From Eledone cirrhosa (taxonomy: Eukaryota), in the NCBI GenBank assembly GCA_964016885.1, contig OZ024742.1:295926001-295990000 (forward strand): a DNA stretch of 64,000 nucleotides, read 5' to 3'. The first letter of the stretch is position 1. Each line of letters starts with the position of its first letter. Below are positions 39,401 to 51,214 of the stretch, in pieces. The notes under the pieces were generated by a model. That model was not told where the DNA came from. It saw only the letters and a program-made list of their open reading frames with translations, and searched no databases. The position numbers were made by a program, and so were the translations under genes.

Positions 39401-40236
39401 AATTCAGAAAAAAGGCTGACTGTACAAACAACTTTTAAAAGTATTAAGATATTTAGTATTTTAATTAATTTTACCCACCATATTTACATGTTTGGGGTAA
39501 AATGTTTAGAACGTTTTGAGAGAACATAGCATTTGTGTGTTATAATATAGATTACTCCAAACTTTATTTAATACATTGTTTAAGCTGTTATGTTGATTAA
39601 ATCCACTGGGACACTTGTAGTCAAACCAATGGATGTTCGACATGGTCATCACCACTATAATCATTATCATATCCACTATTTTATGCTGGTTTGGCCTGGG
39701 ATGTTTTGAGTCACTGTTTAAGGTCCAAATCACTTTCCTGACACCACTACATTTAGTCACCTCTTATAACAGGAAGAGATACCATGTATCTATTCTAAAA
39801 GCCAATAAATCTTAAAACACATTCTTGCCATTGTAAAGGAAGTAAATGTTTATTGAAAGAGAAAAAGAGAGAGCGACATTTAGCCATTACATTTATCATA
39901 AAGTTTGGCAACCATATAGATCTTTCAACTTGGTGAATGAAAAAAAAACAACAAAACTTTAAGCAAAATTAAGAATGCTTCATATATTTTTATGTGCTCC
40001 ACTACATTCATTTATTCCCCATCTTTCCCTATCCAAGATAGATAGCCACCAACTTATGTGTCACAACAGCAGTTGGTCATGCTGGGGCACTGCTTTAAAA
40101 GGATTTATTTGAACATCTCAACCCCCGGACATCATCATCATCATCATCATCATCCTCGTTTAACGTCCACTTTCCATGCTAGCATGGGTTAGATATATTG
40201 TTTTAAATCTGGTACTTAGTTTATATATATATATAT

Positions 40237-40332
40237 AACGAAGGAAGTGTGGTAAGGAACCAGGTGGACCAGGAGTCCAGAAATAGCCGTCGAAACGGCT
40301 TGAGCTCTGCCGTCGGGGTCTTGAACATTTCC
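40237..40332 (+). mobile_element. Short GC-rich insert in (TA)n carrying the 3' half of a hammerhead (Penelope-like remnant)
   Basis: GAAA-cggc-ttgagctct-gccGTC-ggggtc: stem III plus GUC site; (TA)n on both sides. Confidence 0.55.
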
Positions 40333-41032
40333 TATATATATATATATACATACGACAGATTTCTGCAGTTTCCCTTGCAAGCCATTGGTCAGCCTGAGAC
40401 TATAGTAGAAGACACTTGGTCAGGGTACCAACCTATGGAATATAACTTAAAATCACCAGGTAGTAAAGGAAACTCTTTAACCACATAGCCATTTACTTAA
40501 TGAATAAGTAAAAACAAAATGACAACCTTAACTTTTTACTTCATGAAGCCACTTTAACAAGACATTCTTGAAAAGTACAAAATAGCATTAGGACTGCATT
40601 ACATTAAAGATTTAAGTTTTTGCCTTAGAGTACTGCAAATTTTTACAACAATTTCTACACAAGTAAAGGTATTATAAACATTTGAAATAATGAACCTGTT
40701 TTTAGATATTTTCTGCTAAATCATTACTGGATATTAAGAGTTCAAGTAAAATTAAGAATTTTTCATATATTCCATATGCACCATTACCTTCATTTACACC
40801 CCTCCCTTCTATTCAATATATACAACCATCAAGTTATGTGTCATAGTGGCTATCCCATTTGATTGATTAATTTATTGCCAAAGTGTTCTCTTTAGTATCC
40901 CCAAAACTACTAAGGGAAGCAACAAAGTGAACGTGTTTTACATCAATGATTTACTTAGAAAGATATTTGAAAATTGTAGGTTTTTATGTTTCATATTTTG
41001 TTATTTTGATATTGGATATGATTAGTTTTAGT

Positions 41033-41312
41033 CAACATAACATGTGGTTTAGATCCAATTAATATATGATTTAGTTCTATGTAGTTAACATATGGTTTAG
41101 GTAGTAAATGGTTTAGTTCTACTTAACATATGGTTTAGTTCTACTTAATATATAGTTTAGTTCTATTTAACATATAGTTTAATTCTAGTTAACATATGGT
41201 TTAGTTCTCATAGCGTGGAAAATGGATGTTAAACAAAGATGATGATGATGATATGTGGGTTAGTTCTAGTTAATTTAAAGGTTAGTTCTAGTTATATTTT
41301 AGTTCTAGTTAA
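41033..41312. repeat. ~21-bp minisatellite (aacatatggtttagttctagtt) interrupted by a tiny RTE tail insertion at 41208-41252
   Basis: Repeated unit is visible; insert reads gcgtggaaaatggatgttaaac..gatgatgatg. Confidence 0.8.
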
Positions 41313-42725
41313 ATGAATATGCTTCAACAATGTGTCTCAATTGTGAAATTAATTTTCATTACTTTTTTACTACTTTTGTTTTTATATTCATGGAGGGAAG
41401 GACAGTGTCTATATCCCTTTTCATGGCTTCCATGACTGGTGAGAGAGAGAGAGAGAAAAGCAGCTTTAAACTGGAGACCTGGTCTAACTGCTTGAAACAA
41501 GAGCCAGGTGATGGTGTTCAACCAAGTGAGAGATTGAGTCTAGCACCCAAAATTAAGTCACCCAACATTACTTGCTGCTGTTGTTTTTTTACTCCTAGGT
41601 CAGCCTTGATTAATCAAACCTATATTCAAAGGTATTCCAGCAGTGGCAATCCTGTTTTTTTTTTGTTTTGTTTTTTTGGGCGTTATTTTATTTCATTGTT
41701 TTTTCAAAAATAGTGTATCTGGAACTACATGGTACACTGCTGTTTTTTTTATGAAAACATTGTTTGGTTACAAATTTAGATGAGAATACAGTCTAATCAA
41801 TCAACGTTAGAATTTAACCAAGTACTTTATTCGGATCAAACCCAAAACCTCATTTGCAAAGCAAGCATCTTAAACACAAAGCCATATTTATTTTATCAAC
41901 CCGACAATGATGAAAGATAATGTTGAACTCAAGAACATTTAAACTCAGACAATAAAGGACCATAAGTAAACACAGCAATTTATTTCTTCAGATGTTCTAG
42001 CAATTCTGACAATCTACCTCCCTCTTTTTGTTTATAATATTACTAATGATTTTGAGTAAACCAAATACAGAGTTGTGTAAAGATATATCTCTATATTACG
42101 ATATAAACATTACTAGGAAAATTCCAATGTATCTTTTATAAAATTCTTTAGGAATTCCATTTTTATTTCTGAAGAATTTTTTATAGAAATATTTTGATGA
42201 TAGATGTCAATTCCAAAAAAAAACATTGAGGTGAAGTCTGTGACATTGAATCATGAGGGAGGTGTTTTTCAGTGCCATCTCATCTGAAATATATAATAAA
42301 TCAATAATTGAATAAACAGATTAATATATTACCCACAATTTTGCTCTTTTGAAATTTTGCTTTCATATAAGCTAAAATAAAGTGATTGGATGACCAAAAC
42401 AGAAGACCAAGAAATACATGGTTAAAGTTGGAGGAAAAAATGAAAGTCCACTTTAGCTGGGGAAATGGCCTTAAAACAATATCTTCTGTTGTTTAAGCTA
42501 AAAAAAGATTTGTAATAAAATTAATACTTTAACCCTTCTGATACCAAACCACTTGAAACTGCCTTTTATTCTGCCATCCAAGATTTTTGAAAAGTATTTA
42601 TATTTATCTAAATAAATTCCATCATAATATTATATAAGAATCTGTTAAATTATGCTCCAAATACCAACTTAATGATGAGAAAGTTAGTTATTACTAAACC
42701 CCTCCAAATGACAATGGTTTAATTT

Positions 42726-42909
42726 AATAATTGTTTCTACTTTTGGCACAAGGCCAGCAATTATCCCAGTATATTACTGGTACTTTATTTTATCTACCCC
42801 GTAAGGATGAAAGGCAAAGTTAACCTCGGCGGGATTTGAACTCAGACCATAAAGGGCCGTAACTCTTTGCTGCAAAGCATGGCACCCGACCCTCTACTGA
42901 TACTGCCAA
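42726..42909 (-). mobile_element. SINE family 1, short subfamily
   Basis: Reverse complement of the 6432 copy; flanked by aataat. Confidence 0.9.
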
Positions 42910-44793
42910 ATAATACCTGGAAGACATTTGGTAAAGAATATTAGAAAACTGAAATAGGAAAAGATTCTATTAATCCTACTTAAAAAAAGATATTTAAATT
43001 AATTAGTAGTATTGGTTCAGTTTGCTTTCTGGCTAGTTCTACCCAATATATTACTACATGACTGTTGGGAATAAGATAAAAATTACTTTTTCTAGAAGGT
43101 TCTTCCAGTTCTATATAATTCCATATTCTATGTTGTCATATCAAACTGCTTGTTATTCAAATAAAAGACAAATTCTTTATATTATTAACTAATCTTGAAA
43201 ATCAGAACCTCATCATCATCATATTCCTGCTTTTCTGTACAGACATGGCTTGGATAACTGGTAATAGATGAAGTCAGTACTTAATCAGAGCTACTGTCCA
43301 CCTAGATAGAAGGTCATCTCTACATATGATGCAGTTTTGGCATGGGTTTTACAACTGTATATCATTCTTATCACCAACCACTTTACAAAGTTTACAGGGT
43401 GAATTTTGTCATGTTGGTTGCACTAGGGAAGTTGTCATATCCTTCACACAATTGAAGCGTTCTCTCAAAGACTTCACATGACTGACTAACAAGCTGAATC
43501 TTGATTTAGGTTTGAAATTCACAGCACGCATTAACAAATATGCACACTTACTCATGCCAGCAAATGACTAAGTATGTATGATGGATTCATCATGTCATTG
43601 TGCAACCTATATGATAAATATAGTGTTATGAAAAACATGCATTAATGGCATTATCCATGAAAGCAAACATGACTAGCTCAGCAGAATTCAATTCTGATAC
43701 AAAACAAATGAACCACTAACAATACGCAGTGCAGTCACTTAAATATATATTCACCTTCCTTGTGTGCAAAACATGCATGTACTGCTGTAGTCGTAATTTC
43801 CATTATACTGTCAGTTAGTTGGGAGTGGTGATTTAAAAGCTCTGGTTGGTCAGTTCATACTAAGCATAGATCATGAGAACACTACTTTATTTATGGTTGT
43901 GGGACTCTGTTAGATGGTATTGGCAATACTTATGAATATTTCAGTTAAATGAGTTTATTATTTAAATAGAATAGTATTCATCAAAAGCAGCATGTCATTT
44001 AGGTGTCAAGGGCTGAAGCCAAACTATTAGAAACACAAATAATCATATACTACTGGTTACATACTAGGTCTCCAGTGTAGAGATAACTTAGTATTTTGGA
44101 GTGTAGAAAATGTGCCAAAGACTGACATTGGTGTCTGGCCCCATCCCTAGGGTAGTAACTCTAAATAAGAATTAACTTGGGTCATGTTACACAGTTAGCA
44201 TGTAAAAGCAAATATAAAATGGTGATGGATGATGTGTGTCCATGTTTGATATATCTTCACACAACTCTGTATTTGGTTTACTCAAAACATCACTAGCAAC
44301 TTATGGTATCGACTCATATAAAAGTCGATACTATGTTTTAAAGTTAACCCCACCACTTTTTGCCAAAAATTTGAATGTTTCTTTGTATCTCATTTAAAAG
44401 TTAATCTTAGTCTTTCATGGACAACAGATCAATATTTGTTAATCAAGGTATTATCCTGAACATAAATGTTACAATGTGGAAACAATATCTTCTACATTAT
44501 CATGTTGGCAAGTGAAAGTAATTATATGAGATACACAGATTTATTCATGTGTTTTGGTAGTGGGAAGTGTGTTTTGATACATAGAAATGTCAGTGTTACT
44601 ACTGTACATGTCTTTTTTTGTTTTGTTTTTATTCATTTAGAGTTCGTTTGGTCATCTGCTTATTGATTTGGTATTTGGGATTTTAGTGCAAATTTCATTT
44701 CCTTGAAAGTAATGTAATTTTCACATAAATTTAATCTAAAAAATAGTTTAAAATATTCAACTTTTACATGACGTGTTTCTTCATGTTTTACAA

Positions 44794-44976
44794 ATAATTG
44801 TTTCTACTTTTGGCACAAGGCCAGCAATTACCCAGTACATTACTGGTACTTTATTTTATCGACTCCGTAAGGATGAAAGGCAAAGTTGACCTCAGCGGGA
44901 TTTGAACTCAGAATGGAAAGTGCTGTAATTCTATGCGTCAAAGCATGACGTCCGACCCTCTACCGATACTGCCAAT
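44794..44976 (-). mobile_element. SINE family 1, short subfamily
   Basis: Same structure as the 42726 copy; possible TSD acaaataat. Confidence 0.9.
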
Positions 44977-45142
44977 CCTGACAAATAATGATGGTGAAAA
45001 TAAATAGAAATAAGAGACTGATAAGTACTGTTGACAATTTGATTGACTAGACACATGAAGGCAATGTCCTAGCATGACTGTAGTCCAATGACTGGTGACT
45101 AAAACAATTTTTTTAAATGTTGAAGTAGCAGCTCTACCTAGA

Positions 45143-45440
45143 GGATCACTCCAGGTAGAACTGCTACTTCTCTGAATTGAAAGATCACAGCTCTGATACT
45201 ATGGGAATGTGGTTAGAATGTCTCAGGAAAGAATCACTGGTCAGATTTTACAGGCAAAACCAACCGGCAGGAGACCCATGGTTAGACTCCGAACAAGATG
45301 GTTCGATAACATCCCTGAGCTTGGTTGGTCTCACTTGAGGATCTAGCCAGATCAGTTGGAGATGGTTGCTTCTGACAGGACACACTGGAATGAGTGTTAG
45401 AGGACTCTTCCCCCATGAACTTCTCAGGAATAAGTGGGTA
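45143..45440 (+). mobile_element. Second Expander/Rex3-like RTE 3' fragment
   Basis: Homologous to 29760-30050 (tcactccaggtaga..gatcacagctc..caggaataagt). Confidence 0.85.
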
Positions 45441-45489
45441 AATATTTTAATATATCATAGTGTTATATACACACATATGTGTGTGTGTG

Positions 45490-45765
45490 TGGAGCCACGT
45501 GGCCTAGTGGTAACGGTGTTGGACTTACGATCATAATGTTGTGGGTTCGATTCCTGGGTTGCGTGTTGTGTTCTTGAGCAAAACACATCATTTCACGTTG
45601 CTCCAGTATACTCAGCTGAAAATGAGTACCAGCAATAGGTGGAGGTTTAACCCTGTGATGGACTGGCATCCTGTCGAGGGGGAGTGTTGTACTCTCAGTC
45701 ACTTCACACCATGAAACCGAGATAAGCTCCGGCCAAATGAGCCGTCTGGCTTAAGACAGACTTTA
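45490..45765 (+). mobile_element. tRNA-derived SINE with V/Meta-like central domain
   Basis: ggcctagtggt A box, ggttcgattcc B box, cttgagcaaaacac core, ccctgtgatggactggcatcctgtcgagggg..gaaaccgagataagctccggcc. Confidence 0.75.
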
Positions 45766-45773
45766 GACATACA

Positions 45774-47226
45774 TAAAGTTGGTGTTCATCAGGGCTCTGT
45801 TCTTAGCCCCCTACTATTTATTATTGCCCTCCAGGCTATAACAGTGGAGTTCAAGACCGGCTGCCCATGGGAACTCCTATACGCAGATGATCTAACGCTC
45901 ATAGCTGAATCAATGGCCGAGCTAGAGAAGAAATTCCAAACATGGAAGCACGACCTAGAATCAAAAGGCCTTAAAATTAACCTGGCTAAGACTAAAGTTC
46001 TAGTTTGTAAGAAAGAAAATAAGGTGGCGGTCCCCTCCGGGAAGTGGCCATGCGCAGAGTGTAGGAAAGGCGTAGGTAGAAATTCCATTTTGTGTCCCAA
46101 ATGCAAAGTTTGGGTGCATAAAAGATGTAGTGGGATCACAGGTAAGCTAACTAAGAACATAGATTTTACATGTGGCCGGTGCTCTGGGGAAATAGGTAGC
46201 AGCAAGTGCCCACAAAATACTAGCTCTTTCAACTGCGCAGAGGGTTCTATAGAAATAGTGGACAGCTTCCGTTACCTGGGTGACAAAATCAGCAGTGGGG
46301 GAGGGTGCTCTGAAAGTGCAGTAGCTAGAGTCAGAACTGGGTGGAAAAAGTTCAGAGAGCTTATACCACTATTAGCCGCTAAAGGGTTCTCCCTAAAAAT
46401 GAAAGGCAGGCTGTACGATGCCTGCATACGAACAGCAATGTTGCATGGCAGTGAGACCTGGGCATTGTGTGCAGAGGATATACGCAGACTAGAGAGAAAC
46501 GAAGCTTGCATGCTCCGCTGGATGTGTAATAGTAATATACGTGAACGACAAAGCATAAACGAACTAAGGAAAAAATTAGAAATAAGAGGGATCAGATGTT
46601 GTTTACTCGAGAGAAGGCTACGTTGGTATGGACATGTGATGCGCATGAAAGTCGATAGCTGTATAACAAAGTGCAGGGCAATAAAGATAGACGGTAGCCA
46701 CGGAGTAGGCAGACCCAGAAAAACCTGGGACGAGCTGATAAACTCTGACCTCACACACTTACACCTCACCAAGACAATGTCACTGGACCGAGACCTTTGG
46801 CGGTACTCAGTAATAGAGAAGACTCGCCTTACCTAAATACAAAGTAAAACCTACTACAGCCAGTAGGCATCTCTAACAAAATACACCCCGTCCCACCACC
46901 CCAACCCCATCCACACCACCCCCTTCTATGTAAAGTTATGTTGGTGCCGCGCCATCCAGGCCGAAACAAATGAGATCGTGTAGGTGTCACGACAAAAAAA
47001 ACACACAGTCCACGCTGTAATGTGGCCGTGTAGGCAACACGGTAAAAACCTCCCAGACCCACACTGTAAATGTGGTTGGTGTTAGGAAGGGCATCCAGCT
47101 GTAGAAAACCTGCCAGACAGTCCTATGCGAGCAAGACAATCACTCTTGCCTCAAGTGGGAAAACCCCCGTCCAAACTCATGCAAGCGTGGAACACGGACG
47201 TTAAACGTTGATGATGATGATGATGA
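45774..47226 (+). mobile_element. RTE-clade LINE, subfamily A, 5'-truncated
   Basis: Open frame KVGVHQGSVLSPLLF..LYADDL..intact C4HC3 finger..stop at 46836; 3'UTR near-identical to 53986-54380; (GAT)n tail. Confidence 0.95.
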
Positions 47227-48234
47227 TAATATATACATACATGTTGGTCATCTATACAATAAGTGCACTCAATATATGCTGTAAAATGATTGGTGACAGG
47301 AAGAACATCCAGCCACAGAAAGCTTGTTAAATAAAGGGTCAGGAGAACCCTCAGTTTTGGCAAAAACATAACTTCCCTAGTGCTGGTGTCATGATAAAAT
47401 GCACTCAGTAGAGCACTGAAGAGTAAGCAAGTTGCAGATCCCTGGCCTGCCTGAGAGGTCAGTGATCCCACTTGTGTACTGACTCAGCCATAGAAACCAA
47501 ACTAAAATCAGTTCTGTGTGAGCAAAACACCGTCCTCCGACCTGGCTTGCTTCACAACAGGACAGCCCGTCTAACCCATGGTAGCAGGGAAATTGAATGT
47601 TAAATGATGATGATAATGATGATATATATGCTGTAGCTATATATGTATATTTGTTGTATTTGTGTGTGTCAAACAACTGTTTTAGCCATTCTCCTGTTAG
47701 TGTAAGTTCACGTTAATGTGGTCGACATGTAAGTTTAGTCTTGTGTTATATAAATATATGTGTGTGTGTGTGTCTCTCTCTCTTTCTATCTATATATATA
47801 TATATCAGATTAGTACTCTGTGTGTGTGCCTGTGTGTATCTTTATGCATAGCTGTGAGTATATTTGTATCTTTGTGCATGTGTGTGTTTGTGTGCAATGT
47901 AAAGATTATCTGTTGTTGTTCAAGAAATTGTCTTATAATATATTGATTTCCATATATTCTATATAAAGTTCAATATATCAATGTCGGCCAAAACATAATC
48001 TGTGAAATTGCTTCCAATTTCTTTACACTGTCAAGGTCCTTTTGGAATGTTGATGGTAGTATCAGAACAGTAATAGCAATAGTACTTTTTAGGGTAGTGA
48101 ATTGGTAGAGTTGTTGGGGTATTGCATTGAAAATGTCTCAGTATTTGGTCCAAATGGTTGTATTCTGATGTCAAATCAACATTGCCTTTCATAGCTTCAA
48201 GGTCAATAAATAAATGGGATTGACCTTAATGCCC

Positions 48235-48650
48235 CGATTACAACTGGTACCACTTTCACTTTACCGTCTTGAATTCCAAACAGTCTTGCCATCTCCACAT
48301 TCAATTCGGGGTACTTGAGGATTTTTTCAACTCCTTGCAATATTGATGTCATTTGGTATGGTTACGTCTATGCTCTGACTATTTGTTTTTCTTGTTCTAT
48401 ACAGCAATATCCAGTCAGTGATGTTCAAATAATTACTCTATCAGTTTGAAAACCATAATCCCAGGATATCGCTGCTTCCCCATCCTCCTGAATTACTTTA
48501 CAATTAACATGCCCATGCCAATTCTCTATTTTGTATTGGTATTTACGACATAAAAGCCAATAAAGGTACAAACAGACTTTATAATTGCAATGCTTGTATT
48601 CTTTATGTGCAAGTCTTTCACATCCACTTTCCAAATGGGCCACATTTTCC
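48235..48650 (-). mobile_element. Old R4/Dong-like LINE fragment (CCHC end plus restriction-like endonuclease)
   Basis: HLESGCERLAHKEYK..YWLLC..WDYGFQTDRVI..DIAV..IDVTIP. Confidence 0.75.
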
Positions 48651-48734
48651 TAATAATGTGAAAATAATATGTTTCCATATTATTATTGTTCTTTGAGTCT
48701 CAGTCATTGATTTTATTTAACTGGAAAGTTTGTT

Positions 48735-49250
48735 GGAATGAATATCAAGCTGCTACCTGCAGCCTCAGGACGTATCGGAGGGTTCTTGCTGTCCCCAGCA
48801 AGCATGCCTTTTGAAGTGTTCCAAAAAACGGGGCTGGACTAATCTTCTTTAACCATCCTTGGAAACTCTTTGAGATAGTACCTAGTGCTCCTATGACAAT
48901 CGGGCAGTTCCAAATCCTTTTTAACTCCCACTTTAAATCCTGGTATCGGTTAATTTTCTCCCTCTCCTTTTCTTGTACTCTCGTGTTAAATTGGCAGGCT
49001 ACATCTACAAACAGGCACAACCTTTTTCCTTGTCAAAAACCACCGGGTCAGGCCTGTTGTGTTCTAATTTCTTGTCCGTCTGAATCCTAAAATCCCATAG
49101 CACCTTCACCTGATCGTTTTCTATCACCGACTCTGCCTTATGCTCATACCACTTCTCAGAATGTGATAAATTGTTTAGTTTGCATAGATGCCAGTGAATC
49201 ACCTTTCCTATCATATCATATGTCTCCAGCCTTTATAGTGAGTCTGGGCT
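48735..49250 (-). mobile_element. R4/Dong-like LINE 3' fragment (restriction-like endonuclease)
   Basis: IHWHLCK..KWYEH..VLWDFRIQTDKKLEHNRPD..VDVAC..KEREKINRYQDLKWEL..PIVIGALGTI..LQKACLLGTARTLRYVL. Confidence 0.9.
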
Positions 49251-49251
49251 A

Positions 49252-49590
49252 TGAGGTTAACTTTGCCTTTCATCCTTACAGGGTCGATAAAATGAAGTAC
49301 CAGTAATGTACTGGGTAATTGCTGGCCTTGTGCCAAAAGTAGAAAAAATTATTATTATTAGGGCAGTGGATTGGCATTATCATTAGAGCATCGGGCAATA
49401 TACTTTACAGCATAGTTATGGTCCTTTATGTTCTAAGTCAAAATCCCACCGAGGTTAGCTTTGCCTTTCATCCTTGCAGGGTTGTTAAAATAAAGTACCA
49501 GTCATGCACTGGGGTCGATTTGATCCACTTTTCCTTTCCCCAAAAATTGTTGGCCTTGTGCCTAAATCAGAAACCATTATTATTATTATA
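49252..49590 (+). mobile_element. SINE family 1: 3' partial short copy plus full long copy in tandem
   Basis: Both end in (TTA)n. Confidence 0.85.
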
Positions 49591-50347
49591 TATTTGCTAT
49601 ATCTCAAATTTAGTTATTCAAGTGAAACACATTATAAATTACAATTAATTTGTAATTTTAATTAAAATAGAAATATTCGTGTGAAAACATTAGTTTAATC
49701 AAATGTTTGAAATGCTCACCCAAAACATTTCTGATATTACATGCATATCTTCATTAGGAAAATTTTTTGTAAGAATTTGAAGAAAAATCAAATATTAAAC
49801 CATAATTAAAATAAAGTGGAGAGGTTGGTGTGACCCAACAATCCTTTATTTTTATCATTAAACAATTTTTCAAGTTTTAAGATATTGATATGTAACAGAA
49901 ATAATGAGTGTTTAATTTCATGAGAGAATTACTCTACCTTATGTAGTTAACTTATAAAATATTAATGAATGAGTTTAAAAATATAGGCATTCATTATCAT
50001 CAACATAATTTTACATCCATTTTCCTTGCTTGCATGGGATGGACAGGTTGTTCCAGTTTGAGATATGTGATAGTTGAGTAAATATGTGTACTGGTTGCAT
50101 TTGATTTTGGCACCAACATTAACACTTTACGAAGTGTATTAAATATCATTTATCATGTAGATCACCAACACTAGAGAATCTGTCATGCTTTTGAGACAAC
50201 TGAATAGTTCCCTTGACCCATTTTTGGCATGGCTTCTACAGTTGAAAGGTTGGTATCAAAAGATTTAAATAGATTAATCTCTTAATCAGGTCCTAATTAT
50301 ATACATCTTACATATATATATATATATATATACGTACGTGTGTGTGT

Positions 50348-50822
50348 GGTATGTTTATAAATAAACATTTAGAAAGCCATAGCTATGAAAAACACTGGCA
50401 GCTAACAACACCCAGCGGTGTTTGGCAAGGGGAACAATCATTGATGCATTTCGAATTCAACTGGTTCTTGTCAGGATGATTTCTCCCACTCTTGCAACTG
50501 CAGGACTTTGAAAACAGGCGAAAAAATATAGTTTTTTTGTCTGTGTAAATGAGGTGATTCATCTCATTCGCATATGAAGCTGTATAAGTTGGCTCAACTT
50601 ATAATAGAATAGAATAAGAATTTAGCTTCGAATATAGCCGTATACAAATATGTATTTGAATCCCCCTTGCTGAAAACCATTGGGTGGCATTAGCTGCCAG
50701 TGTTTTGCATAGCTACAGCTTTCTAAATGTTTATTTATAAATATACCGTATTTCTTTAGAAATATGAAATTCAAATACATATTTGTATACAGCTATGTTC
50801 GAAGCTAAATTCTAATTCTATT
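50348..50822. repeat. Interleaved inverted repeats (A..B-A'..B') between microsatellites
   Basis: A 50348-50433 / A' 50661-50747; B 50608-50661 / B' 50769-50822. Confidence 0.85.
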
Positions 50823-50832
50823 ATATATATAT

Positions 50833-51196
50833 GAGACACAAATATAAATTTTGAAGACCAAATCAATGCGTTATGAAGATTATTAAATTGCCAAGATAAC
50901 AAAAGAATCTTACCTTAGCAAATTTAAGGTAAGATTCTTTTGTTATCTTGGCAATTTGAAGAATCTTCATAACGCATTGATTTGGTTTTCAAAATTTAAA
51001 TGTGTGTCTCCTATTAAACAATCTTTTAAGCAGGCTACAAAACTCTGTTATATATATATATATAATCTTGTATATATATATATATATATATGGTGTAAGA
51101 TTATATATATATATATATATATAACAGAGTTTTGTAGCTTGCTTAAAAGATTGTTTAATAGGAGACACACATTTAAATTTTGAAAACCAAATCAAT
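50833..51196. repeat. Two overlapping long palindromes
   Basis: Hairpin 50833-51010 (~85-bp stem, gcaaatt loop) and hairpin 50976-51196 (~75-bp arms around a TA-microsatellite loop). Confidence 0.9.
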
Positions 51197-51214
51197 ATAT
51201 ATATATATATATAT

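Noticed and set aside
41033-41312. CRISPR-like repeat array (also 27396-27800)
   Set aside because: The units are head-to-tail with no unique spacers, there are no cas genes, and the context is eukaryotic; these are minisatellites.
44641-44670. Micro-exon candidates with good acceptors (also 27229-27268, 31521-31530, 36266 onward)
   Set aside because: Donors are weak or the exons very short. Such motifs are expected by chance in AT-rich DNA and could not be chained into a recognisable protein.
50440-50575. Possible hammerhead (minus-strand GAAA-tgca-tc)
   Set aside because: No convincing CUGANGA box or stem I partner found.
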